Assembly: GCA_965248355.1 (NCBI GenBank)
Contig: OZ252098.1
Span: 192,001 to 256,000, forward strand
Length of the DNA stretch: 64,000 nt
Source: Candidatus Latescibacterota bacterium
GTDB lineage: Bacteria > Latescibacterota > UBA2968 > UBA8231
Direction of reading: 5' to 3'
Every line of letters begins with the position of its first letter. Position 1 is the stretch's first letter. Under the pieces are notes generated by a model. The model was not told where the DNA came from, did no database searches, and worked only from the letters and a program-made list of their open reading frames with translations. The translations under genes were made by a program, and so were the position numbers. Of this stretch, positions 19,883 through 28,771 are shown in pieces.

Positions 19883-21405
19883 TGAGGTCCATGACCGGCG
19901 CATCCAGGCGAGCGCTGGCCCTGGCCGCCCTGGCCCTGGCCGGCTGCGGCTCGGAGCCGGACCGCCCCGTCGGCCCCGACCCCGGCCCCGGCGGCGCCAA
20001 TGGCGTCGCCCTGGTCTTCGCGGACTCGGTGCTGCAGGCGGCGGTGGAGGCCGCGGCCGGGACCGGTGAGGCGGCCGGGCTGGTCTCCCTGACCGCCAAG
20101 GACCGGGGGATCGCCGATCTGGACGGCATCGAGCAGCTGACGCGACTGGAGGTCCTGGACCTGTACGGCAACCAGATCCGGGAGCTGTCGCCGCTTGCGG
20201 GGCTGCGGCGGCTGCGCTACCTGGACCTGGGCAGCAACCAGGTCGAGGAGGTGACGGCCCTGTCGTCGCTGAAGAGCCTGCAGGTGCTGCTGCTGGCCGA
20301 CAACGCGGTGACGGAGGTGTCGGCGCTGGCGGGTCTGGACAGCCTCCAGAGCGTGGACCTGACCGGCAACCCGCTGAGCGAGGCGGCTCAGGCCCAGGCC
20401 GCCGCCTTCCGGGAGCGCGGCGTGACCGTGGAGCTGACCGCGCCGGAGCCGGAGGACAGCCTGGAGGTGGTCCCGCCGGAGGGGCAGGTCCCGCCCGAGG
20501 GTCTGAGCTCTCCCCTCGGTGACCAGCAGCTCCTGTTCTCCTCCAATCGACGCCTGAAGGGCCCCTACCTGGCCTTTCTCGAGGTGCATTCCCTGGACCT
20601 GGAGACCGGCGAGGTGGTCAACCTGTCCTCCGCCCTGGCCGTTCTCCCCCTGTCCGACGGCACGGTGCCCGACTCCCTGTCCTACCCGCCGCGCAGCAGC
20701 TTTGAGCCGGCCCGGTCGCCGGACGGTACCAGGGTGGCCTTTACCTCGCGCCGGGACAGGGACCTGGAGATCTACGTCCTGGACGCCGCGGGCGGCGACC
20801 CGGTGAACCTGACGCGGCACCCGGCGAATGACCAGTCTCCCGCCTGGTCGCCCGACGGACGGCGCATCGCCTTCGTGTCGAACCGCAACGGCGGGGGACA
20901 CCTGGGCCATCTATTCGTCATGGACGCTGACGGCGGCGAGTTGGAGCAGCTCACCTACGAGCCCCAGGCCTCGTGGGCCTTCTTGCCCGCCTGGTCCCCC
21001 GATGGCTCGTCGATCACCTTTCTCTCCTCCCAGGGAGGCGTGGAAGGGATCCACGTAGTGGACGTGGCCAGCGGCGGCATGCGCCTTCTCTCCCCGGAGG
21101 GCGGGGAGTCGTCGTGGTCGCCGGACGGCGCCCGGATCGCCTATACCGTCCTGGACACGACCGGGGACTTCAGCCATATCTGGGTCATGGCCGCCGACGG
21201 CAGCGGCGCCCGGCAGCTGACCTCTGCCGAGGCGTGGGACCGGAGCCCCACCTGGTCCCCCGACGGCACCCGCATCGCCTTCGCGCGGCAGTCGGAGCAG
21301 GAGCCGCGCTACGACATCTACATCGTCACCGTCGAGGGCGGCGCCGAGGAGCGGGTGACCGACGATCCGCACGATGACATGCACCCCAACTGGACGTCGT
21401 TCTGA
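19882..21405 (+). CDS. LRR (internalin-like) + PD40 beta-propeller lipoprotein, copy 2
   Basis: TGATG coupling; lipobox LAGC; LxxLxLxxN repeats; SPDG repeats; ends WTSF. Confidence 0.9.
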   Translation: MRSMTGASRRALALAALALAGCGSEPDRPVGPDPGPGGANGVALVFADSVLQAAVEAAAGTGEAAGLVSLTAKDRGIADLDGIEQLTRLEVLDLYGNQIRELSPLAGLRRLRYLDLGSNQVEEVTALSSLKSLQVLLLADNAVTEVSALAGLDSLQSVDLTGNPLSEAAQAQAAAFRERGVTVELTAPEPEDSLEVVPPEGQVPPEGLSSPLGDQQLLFSSNRRLKGPYLAFLEVHSLDLETGEVVNLSSALAVLPLSDGTVPDSLSYPPRSSFEPARSPDGTRVAFTSRRDRDLEIYVLDAAGGDPVNLTRHPANDQSPAWSPDGRRIAFVSNRNGGGHLGHLFVMDADGGELEQLTYEPQASWAFLPAWSPDGSSITFLSSQGGVEGIHVVDVASGGMRLLSPEGGESSWSPDGARIAYTVLDTTGDFSHIWVMAADGSGARQLTSAEAWDRSPTWSPDGTRIAFARQSEQEPRYDIYIVTVEGGAEERVTDDPHDDMHPNWTSF

Positions 21406-21406
21406 G

Positions 21407-22936
21407 ATGTCCGGAGCGCACGCGGTGATGACCTGGAAGCTCACGGCCTTGGCGGCCGTTCTGGCCCTGGCCGGGTGCGGCACGGAGCCGGACGGCCCCA
21501 CCGGCCCGGAGCCGGACCCCGGCGCCCCCGACGGTGCCGCGCTGGTCTTCGCGGACTCGGCGCTGCAGTCAGCGGTGGACGAAGCCGCGGCCGCCGTGAC
21601 CGGTGACGCGTCCGGGCTGGTCTCGCTGAGCGCCAAGGACCGGGGGATCGCCGACCTGGACGGCATCGAGCAGCTGACGCGGCTGGAGGTCCTGGACCTC
21701 TACGGCAACGAGATCCGGAACCTGTCGCCGCTGGCGGGGTTGACGAGGCTGCGCTATCTCGACCTGGGGAGCAACCGGGTCGAGGAGGTCTCGGCCCTGG
21801 CGTCGCTGAAGAGCCTGCAGGTGCTGCTGTTAGGCGACAACGGGGTGACGCAGATCTCGGTGCTGGCGGGTCTGGACAGCCTGCAGAGCGTGGATCTGAC
21901 CGGCAACCCGCTCGATGCGGCGGCAGAGGATCAGATCGCCGTCCTGCGGGAGCGCGGCGTGACCGTGGAACTGACCGCGCCGGAGCCGGAGGACAGCGTG
22001 GAGGTGGTCCCGCCGGAGGGTCCGGTCCCTCCCGTGGGCGACTCGCAGCTCCTGTTCTCCTCGAACCGACGGCTCAAGGGCTCCTACCTGTCCAGCCGCG
22101 AGGTGCACTCCCTGGACCTGGAGACCGGCGAGGTGGTGAACCTGTGCTCGGTCCTGGCCGCCGTCCCCTTTTCCGACGGCTCGGTGCCCGACTCCCTGGA
22201 GCGCCACTACGTCTCGCGGACCAGCGTGGAGCCGGCCCGGTCGCCGGACGGGACGAAGGTGGCCTTCGGCTCGTTCCGGGACGGCAACAGGGAGATCTAT
22301 GTCATGGACGCCGACGGCGGCGATCCCGTGAACCTGACGCGCCACGACGCGTACGATTCGAATCCCGCCTGGTCGCCCGACGGACGGCGCATCGCCTTCC
22401 AGTCGGAACGCGACGGCGGTGTGCCCCACATCTTCGTCATGAACGCCGACGGCAGCGGCCTGGAGCAGCTCACCCAGGAACCCCAGGCCCCCTGGGCTGG
22501 CTCGCCGGCTTGGTCGCCGGACGGCTCGTCCATCGCCTGCGTCTCCGATCAGGGTACCGACTCCTGGGGAATTTACGTCGTCGAACTCGGCAGCAGGACC
22601 CTGCATCTCATCTCGCAGGCAGGCCTGAGGGGGACGCGACCGTCGTGGTCGCCGGACGGCGCCCGGATCGCCTACACCGTGGCGGACACGGCCCACGACT
22701 TCAGCCACGTGTGGGTCATGGCCGCCGACGGCAGCGGCGCCCGGCAGCTGACCTTCGCCGAGACCTGGGACAGCGACCCCACCTGGTCCCCCGACGGCAC
22801 CCGCATCGCCTTCGCGCGGCTGGTGGACGTGCAGACGCGTTACGACCTCTACATCGTCCCCGTCGAGGGCGGCGCCGAGGAGCGCGTGACCGACGATCCG
22901 CACGATGACATGGACCCGAACTGGACGCCGTTCTGA
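21407..22936 (+). CDS. LRR + PD40 lipoprotein, copy 3
   Basis: Same architecture; ATG 1 nt after the previous stop; ends WTPF. Confidence 0.9.
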   Translation: MSGAHAVMTWKLTALAAVLALAGCGTEPDGPTGPEPDPGAPDGAALVFADSALQSAVDEAAAAVTGDASGLVSLSAKDRGIADLDGIEQLTRLEVLDLYGNEIRNLSPLAGLTRLRYLDLGSNRVEEVSALASLKSLQVLLLGDNGVTQISVLAGLDSLQSVDLTGNPLDAAAEDQIAVLRERGVTVELTAPEPEDSVEVVPPEGPVPPVGDSQLLFSSNRRLKGSYLSSREVHSLDLETGEVVNLCSVLAAVPFSDGSVPDSLERHYVSRTSVEPARSPDGTKVAFGSFRDGNREIYVMDADGGDPVNLTRHDAYDSNPAWSPDGRRIAFQSERDGGVPHIFVMNADGSGLEQLTQEPQAPWAGSPAWSPDGSSIACVSDQGTDSWGIYVVELGSRTLHLISQAGLRGTRPSWSPDGARIAYTVADTAHDFSHVWVMAADGSGARQLTFAETWDSDPTWSPDGTRIAFARLVDVQTRYDLYIVPVEGGAEERVTDDPHDDMDPNWTPF

Positions 22937-22937
22937 G

Positions 22938-24455
22938 ATGAGGCCAGCCATGTTCCTGGGGATTCCTCGAGTGCTGATCCCCGCCCTCCTGGCCCTGGCC
23001 GGCTGCGGCTCGGAGCCGGACGGCCCCACCGGCCCGGACCCGGACCCGGACCCCGGCCCCGACGGTGCCGCGCTGGTCTTTGCGGACTCGGCGCTGCAGT
23101 CAGCGGTGGACGAAGCCGCGGCCGCCGGGAGCGGTGACGCGGCCGGGCTGGTCTCGCTGACCGCCAAGGACCGGGGGATCGCCGACCTGGAAGGCATCGA
23201 GCAGCTCACCCGACTGGAGGTGCTGGACCTGTTCGGCAACGAGATCCGCGACCTGTCGCCGCTGGCGGGGTTGAGGAGGCTGCGCTATCTCGATCTGGGG
23301 AGCAACCGGGTCGAGGAGGTCTCGGCCCTGGCGTCCCTGAAGAGTCTGCAGGTGCTGCTGTTAGGCGACAACGGGGTGACGGAGATCTCGGTGCTGTCGG
23401 GTCTGGACAGCCTGCAGAGCGTGGATCTGACCGGCAACCCGCTGGGTGAGGCGGCGGAGGCCCAGATCGCTGCCCTCGGGGAGCGCGGCGTGACCGTGGA
23501 CTTCACCGCGCCGGAGCCGGAGGACAGCGTGGAGGTGGTCCCGCCCGAGGGTCCGGTCCTCGCAGACCATCAGCTCCTGTTCTCCTCGAACCGTCGTCTC
23601 ATGAGCTCCAGCCAGTCCGCTTTCGAGGTACACTCCCTGGACCTGGAGACCGGAGAGGTGGTGAACCTGTCCTCCGCCCTGACCGCCATGCCCTTCTCCG
23701 ACGGCTCGGTGCCCGACTCCCTGGAGCGTCACTACCGTACGCGCTCCAGCCTTGAGCCGGCCCGGTCGCCCGACGGGACGAGGGTGGCCTTCGTATCGTT
23801 CCGCGACGGCAACCAGGAGATCTACGTCATGGACGCGGCGGGCGGCGGTCCGGTGAACCTGACGCGCCACGAGGCCCACGACATGCGTCCCGCCTGGTCG
23901 CCCGACGGACGGCGCATCGCCTTCGTGTCGTGGCGCGGCGGCCGGGAGCCCCACATCTTCGTCATGGATGCCGACGGCAGCGGCCTGGAGCAGCTCACCG
24001 ACAACGCCATGGCCCCCGGATCGGGAGCTTCCTCGCCGGCGTGGTCTCCCGACGGCTCGGCCATCGCCTGCGTCTCCGCTCAGGGCGCCGTCCACGGGAT
24101 CTTCGCCCTGGATCCGGCCGGCGGTGGCCTTCGGCTGCTGGAGGGATGGGGGGGCGAACCTTCGTGGTCGCCCGACGGAGCCCGGATCGCGTACACCGTG
24201 GCGGACTGGGAAAACGACTTCAGCCACGTATGGGTCATGGCCGCCGACGGCAGCGGCGCCCGGCAGCTGACCTTCGCCGAGGCCTGGGACCGGAGCCCGA
24301 CCTGGTCCCCCGACGGCACCCGCATCGCCTTCGCCCGGCTGGTGGACGTGCAGACGCGTTACGACCTCTACATCGTCCCCGTCGAGGGCGGCGCCGAGGA
24401 GCGGGTGACCGACGATCCGTACGATGACATGGATCCCAGCTGGACGCCGTTCTGA
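22938..24455 (+). CDS. LRR + PD40 lipoprotein, copy 4
   Basis: Same architecture; (CCGGAC)n Pro-Asp linker; ends WTPF. Confidence 0.9.
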   Translation: MRPAMFLGIPRVLIPALLALAGCGSEPDGPTGPDPDPDPGPDGAALVFADSALQSAVDEAAAAGSGDAAGLVSLTAKDRGIADLEGIEQLTRLEVLDLFGNEIRDLSPLAGLRRLRYLDLGSNRVEEVSALASLKSLQVLLLGDNGVTEISVLSGLDSLQSVDLTGNPLGEAAEAQIAALGERGVTVDFTAPEPEDSVEVVPPEGPVLADHQLLFSSNRRLMSSSQSAFEVHSLDLETGEVVNLSSALTAMPFSDGSVPDSLERHYRTRSSLEPARSPDGTRVAFVSFRDGNQEIYVMDAAGGGPVNLTRHEAHDMRPAWSPDGRRIAFVSWRGGREPHIFVMDADGSGLEQLTDNAMAPGSGASSPAWSPDGSAIACVSAQGAVHGIFALDPAGGGLRLLEGWGGEPSWSPDGARIAYTVADWENDFSHVWVMAADGSGARQLTFAEAWDRSPTWSPDGTRIAFARLVDVQTRYDLYIVPVEGGAEERVTDDPYDDMDPSWTPF

Positions 24456-24456
24456 G

Positions 24457-26268
24457 ATGTCGGGCGCGCACCCATCGGTGACGAGAAACCTGGCGGCGGT
24501 CCTCGCCCTCCTGGCTCTCGGCCGGCCGTCGGCGGGAGACGTCCAGTACGTCTCCGTAGGCCCCGACCTCTCATGGCGCGCCGCCGAGTCCTCCTCCCGG
24601 TACGTCGCCGTCAGCCAGGACGGCATCTGGATGTGGGAGGTGGCGCCCAACGCGGACCTGGCCGCCACCCTCGGCGAGCGCGGCGGCCGGGTGCTGTACG
24701 CGGACCCGGAGAGGGGCCTCACCCCGCTGCCCGGCGCCGGGGCGCTCTTCGACGGCGACCCGACCACCTTCTACGACCCCGACCTGCACGAGGGGACGAT
24801 GCGGTCCTCGACCCTCTGGATCGACCTGGGCGCCACCTTCCGGATCAACCGGGTCCGGTTCTTCCCGCGCCTCGACTTCCGCAACCGCAACCGCTTCCTG
24901 CAGGAGTTCACCCTGTCGGCGGGCGAGAGCCTCGACTCCACCGCCGTCTCCCGCCGCCTGATGTTCTTCAAGGCCCCGAACGAGAACACGTCGCCCGTGG
25001 TGGACAAGCGCTTCAACAGCGCCGAGGCTCGCGTACTGGCCCTTCAGCCGCAGGTCGACCGCGCCTGGGAGATCGCCGAGCTGGAGGTCTACTCGGACGG
25101 CACCGTGCCCATCGGCGAGTACGAGTCCCAGCCGCTGCGGGCGCTCCGCCCCGAGCCCGTCTGGGGGCGCGTGCTCTACGAGGGCGGTGACATCTCCCGG
25201 GCCCCGGTGATCGTGCGCACCCGGACCGGCCGGGACCGGAGCCCCCTGCTCTACTACCTGATCCAGGGCAGCGACCTGGTCCAGTACAGCAAAGTCGGCT
25301 GGGAGAACGCTCCCGAGGACAGGAAGGGCCCGGTCGAGCCCAACCCGGCCTGGAGCACGTGGGAGACGGTCACCGACGGAATCGTGCGCTCGCCGTCGCT
25401 GAACCGCTACCTGCAGTTTCAGGTCATCCTTCCGCGTCCCGGCGCCGGCCTCCGGGAGCTGCGGTTCGAGTACGTCTACCCTCCGGTCGCCCGCGACCTG
25501 GCGGCCGAGATCTCGCCCCTGGAAGTGCGGGCGGGAGTGCAAACCCTCTTCACCCTCTCCCTCGAGGTGCACCTGGACCGCACCAAACCGCCGGCGAGCC
25601 GGGACACCGGATTCCGGCAGCTGCAGGTGAGAACGGCGGCGGAGATCGGCGAGGTGATGCGCGTCCGCGTCGACGACCTGGAGGTCCTGCCTTTCACCGA
25701 GGTCGAGCCGGGTTCCGGCTTCACCGTGAACCTGCCGCGCCGGGTGGTGCAGGACGGCAGCTTCCTGCAGGTCGAGTTCACGGCCACGGTCCTTCACGAG
25801 CGCACGAGATTCGAGGTCCAGGCCCTGGACCGGCGCACCGAGGAGGGGGAATCGAGGGTGGCCTACCAGATAGCCCGCGCCGCCGACGTCGACGGCGGGC
25901 CGGGAGGCGGTCTGGTCGTGCGCCACGGGCAGGACGCCGGGACCCTGTCGCTGATCTCCAACCTCCGGGTCGCCAACGCTCTGATGACGCCCAACGCCGA
26001 CGGCGTCAACGACCGCCTCGAGCTGACCTTCACGCTCCTGAAGCTCCTGGAACCGGCGAGGCTGACCCTGGAGATCTTCGCTCTCGATGGCCGCCTCGTC
26101 GCCCGGGCCTGGGAGGCGGAGCACGGCGCCGGGACCCTCCGCGCCGCCTGGGACGGTCTCGACAGCCGAGGACTCTCCGTACCGCCCGGCCTCTACCTCT
26201 ACGACCTGCGGGTGGACTCCGACGACGGTGCCGAGCGGCGCCGGGGCGTCGTCGGTCTGGCCTACTGA
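24457..26268 (+). CDS. Secreted protein A1: discoidin-like domain plus C-terminal FlgD/T9SS type-B-like domain
   Basis: Signal peptide; WIDLG...RVRFFPR...IAELEVY; C-terminal TPNADGVND...WDG...PPGLY...GLAY. Confidence 0.8.
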   Translation: MSGAHPSVTRNLAAVLALLALGRPSAGDVQYVSVGPDLSWRAAESSSRYVAVSQDGIWMWEVAPNADLAATLGERGGRVLYADPERGLTPLPGAGALFDGDPTTFYDPDLHEGTMRSSTLWIDLGATFRINRVRFFPRLDFRNRNRFLQEFTLSAGESLDSTAVSRRLMFFKAPNENTSPVVDKRFNSAEARVLALQPQVDRAWEIAELEVYSDGTVPIGEYESQPLRALRPEPVWGRVLYEGGDISRAPVIVRTRTGRDRSPLLYYLIQGSDLVQYSKVGWENAPEDRKGPVEPNPAWSTWETVTDGIVRSPSLNRYLQFQVILPRPGAGLRELRFEYVYPPVARDLAAEISPLEVRAGVQTLFTLSLEVHLDRTKPPASRDTGFRQLQVRTAAEIGEVMRVRVDDLEVLPFTEVEPGSGFTVNLPRRVVQDGSFLQVEFTATVLHERTRFEVQALDRRTEEGESRVAYQIARAADVDGGPGGGLVVRHGQDAGTLSLISNLRVANALMTPNADGVNDRLELTFTLLKLLEPARLTLEIFALDGRLVARAWEAEHGAGTLRAAWDGLDSRGLSVPPGLYLYDLRVDSDDGAERRRGVVGLAY

Positions 26269-26269
26269 C

Positions 26270-28771
26270 ATGGACAACCCTCGCCTGGCGCGCTGGGCCG
26301 GTATCGCTTCGGTGCTCCTGGGGACGGCCGCCGCCCCGCAGGAGGGGTACCGGCTGGCGACGACGGAGGTCGTCGTGGACCGGGCCGGGCACTGGTCGGC
26401 GTGGCAGTTGCCTGAAGGCGCCCTGGACCTGGGGCCCGACGGCACCGTGACCCCCCGGGGATTGCTGCGGCGGTCCAACGCGGCCCTGAACGCCCAGGAG
26501 TACACGGCCATCCTCGCCGGGGCCGACACGGTCACGGGCGGCGTCTACGCCATCGGCAGCGGCGCGGCCACGGGCCCCCTGGTGCACGACGGGGATCCCT
26601 TTACCTGGTGGGAGCCGGACCCGGCCGACGACGTGGAGGACTGGTTCGTCGAGATCGACCTCGGCCGCGCCGTGGTCGCCGAGCAGGTCGTGGTGCGGTT
26701 CGCACCCGAGGGCGAGGGCGACCCCTTCCTGAAGTTCCGGGTGCGCCTCTCCAACGGGCTCGGCCGCACCTACGACGACCTCGACTACTTCCGCGCCGGC
26801 CAGGTGGTCCTGCCCAACAAGGACGAGCGGCTCTTCGTCTTCGACATCAAGCCCCAGCGGCCGCTGCCCCCGGGGGTGACCGGCCAGGTCGTGCAGTTCG
26901 TGCGCCTGGAGGCTCTCGGCTCGGACGGGGACCGGGCCCGGGAGGTCTCCCCGGAGGAGTTCGCGGCCCTGGGGCCGGAGGACCGGGGCGCGGTCGAGTA
27001 CCACCGGAGGACGGTGGCCGGCCGGGAGATCCGCGTGGAGGAGGTGACCTGGAACGCCCTGCCCGAGGCCGAACGGGGGCCGGTGCGCCACTTCCGCCGC
27101 GAGCGGCCCCGGGTGGCGGAGCTGGAGGTGATCACCCCCGGGGAGAACGTGGTGCTCAACACCCAGCGGATCATCAACCTCCAGACCCGGGCCATCAGCG
27201 ACCTGGTGCGCGTCTACATGACGGACGGATTCTTCTACACGTACTACCCCATCAAGCCCTACGACCGGGTGCGCCGGCGAAACCAGCTGGAGGTGGACCT
27301 GGGCGCCAAGTACTGGCTCGACCGCGTGCGCCTGGTCACCCCCGAGCAGCCCTTGCGGGCCTTCCAGGTGCTGCTCTCGGACGGCTCCATCGACCCCAAC
27401 GGGGAACGCGTCTGGAACGAGCTGAGCGAGCGACTCAACCGCGATCGCTTCCACCAGCTGGAGGAGCGCTTTCCCCTGCAGGAGGTGCGCCACGTGCAGC
27501 TGCGGGCCCTGTCCCTGCTCGGCACCGAGCAGGAGAGCGGCCAGCTCGCCGAGCTGCTGGCCTTCGGCGAGGGCTTCGTCTCGGAGGTGGTCCTCACCTC
27601 GCCCCTGATCACGCTGCCGGGATCGCGCATGTTCAGCTCCCTGTCGTGGGAGGGGGAGGCGCCGCAGGAGACCCGCATCGAGGTCCGCACCCGGTCCGGC
27701 GACGACCTGCGCCAGGAGTTTGCGTACTTCGACGCCGCCGGTTTCCCCATGACCCGGGAGAACTGGGAACGCGCCCGGGAATCGAACCGGGGGCCCGTCG
27801 ACACGCTCCATGTGCCCGGGCCGGGATGGAGCCACTGGAGCGAGGTCTACCGCGAGTCGCCCGAGCCCTTCCGCTCCCCCAGCCCGAGGCGTTACGCCAT
27901 GGCGGAGGTGCGCCTGCTGACCGTGAACCCCCTGCGGCGCGCCGCCATCCGCAGCCTGCGGATCGGCCTGGCCGAGCCCCTGGTGGACCAGGTGTGGGCC
28001 GAGATCTGGCCCACCAGCGGGGTCCCCCCGGGGGTCGACCAGGAGTTCACCATCTACATGCAGCCCCGGTTCCGGAGCGGCGATCCGGGCTTCGACCGCT
28101 TGGGGATCCGCTCCTCCTCGAGCGCGCCCATGGAGCTGCTCTCCGTGGTTGCCGGCACCGAGGCCCGGCTGCGCACCGGGACCGCCGCCGACCTGCTGGC
28201 CACGGCTTCGTCCCGCCCGGTAGAGGGCGGGGTCGACGTCGTCTTCCCGGAGCCGCTCACCTCGGGCCGTGCGGTCTACGCGGCGCGCATCCGCACCCAG
28301 GTCTATCTCAGCGGCACGACCTTCCGGATCGAGCTCTCCCTCTCCTCGCGGCCCGGGACCCTGCAGATCGCCAGCGAGGGAGATGCCACGAACCTGGCCC
28401 GGAGCCAGTCCCTGGTGGTCATCTCCGACCTGGAGGCGGGGCGCCTGCTGGCGCCGCTGGAGGTGACCCCCCCGGTGCTGACTCCGAACGGCGACGGCGT
28501 CAACGACGAGGCCGCCATCTCCTTCCAGGTCTTCCAGGTGCGGGGGCCGCCGCGGCTCACGGTGCGCATCCACGACCTGTCCGGCCGGCTCGTGCGCGAC
28601 CTGACCCGGGTGCCGCCCCAGGCCAGCGGACGCCACGAGTTCCTCTGGGACGGCCGCGGCGATTCCGGCGCCCTGGTGGCCCCCGGGGTCTATGCCGCGC
28701 GCGTCGAAGTGAAGGTGCACGCCGGGGGCCGGCGCACCAGCCGGGTCCGCCTCGTGCACGTGGCCTACTGA
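26270..28771 (+). CDS. Secreted protein A2: two discoidin-like domains plus C-terminal FlgD/T9SS type-B-like domain
   Basis: Signal peptide; EIDLG and EVDLG domains; TPNGDGVND...WDGRG...APGVY...HVAY. Confidence 0.8.
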   Translation: MDNPRLARWAGIASVLLGTAAAPQEGYRLATTEVVVDRAGHWSAWQLPEGALDLGPDGTVTPRGLLRRSNAALNAQEYTAILAGADTVTGGVYAIGSGAATGPLVHDGDPFTWWEPDPADDVEDWFVEIDLGRAVVAEQVVVRFAPEGEGDPFLKFRVRLSNGLGRTYDDLDYFRAGQVVLPNKDERLFVFDIKPQRPLPPGVTGQVVQFVRLEALGSDGDRAREVSPEEFAALGPEDRGAVEYHRRTVAGREIRVEEVTWNALPEAERGPVRHFRRERPRVAELEVITPGENVVLNTQRIINLQTRAISDLVRVYMTDGFFYTYYPIKPYDRVRRRNQLEVDLGAKYWLDRVRLVTPEQPLRAFQVLLSDGSIDPNGERVWNELSERLNRDRFHQLEERFPLQEVRHVQLRALSLLGTEQESGQLAELLAFGEGFVSEVVLTSPLITLPGSRMFSSLSWEGEAPQETRIEVRTRSGDDLRQEFAYFDAAGFPMTRENWERARESNRGPVDTLHVPGPGWSHWSEVYRESPEPFRSPSPRRYAMAEVRLLTVNPLRRAAIRSLRIGLAEPLVDQVWAEIWPTSGVPPGVDQEFTIYMQPRFRSGDPGFDRLGIRSSSSAPMELLSVVAGTEARLRTGTAADLLATASSRPVEGGVDVVFPEPLTSGRAVYAARIRTQVYLSGTTFRIELSLSSRPGTLQIASEGDATNLARSQSLVVISDLEAGRLLAPLEVTPPVLTPNGDGVNDEAAISFQVFQVRGPPRLTVRIHDLSGRLVRDLTRVPPQASGRHEFLWDGRGDSGALVAPGVYAARVEVKVHAGGRRTSRVRLVHVAY

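Larger units (their letters stand above)
18350..24455 (+). repeat. Tandem array of four ~1.52 kb paralogous gene units
   Basis: Long near-identical DNA blocks recur at ~1.5 kb spacing, e.g. gccaaggaccgggggatcgccga and tgggtcatggccgccgacggcagcggcgcccggcagctgacct. Confidence 0.95.

Noticed and set aside
21830-23363. TTA codons as bldA-type regulation
   Set aside because: That mechanism is established for actinomycetes; here the codon is useful only as a shared-ancestry marker
18350-24455. Possible CRISPR array or diversity-generating retroelement behind the repeats
   Set aside because: Repeats are gene-length coding duplications; no short repeat-spacer pattern, no reverse transcriptase, no obvious adenine-specific variation
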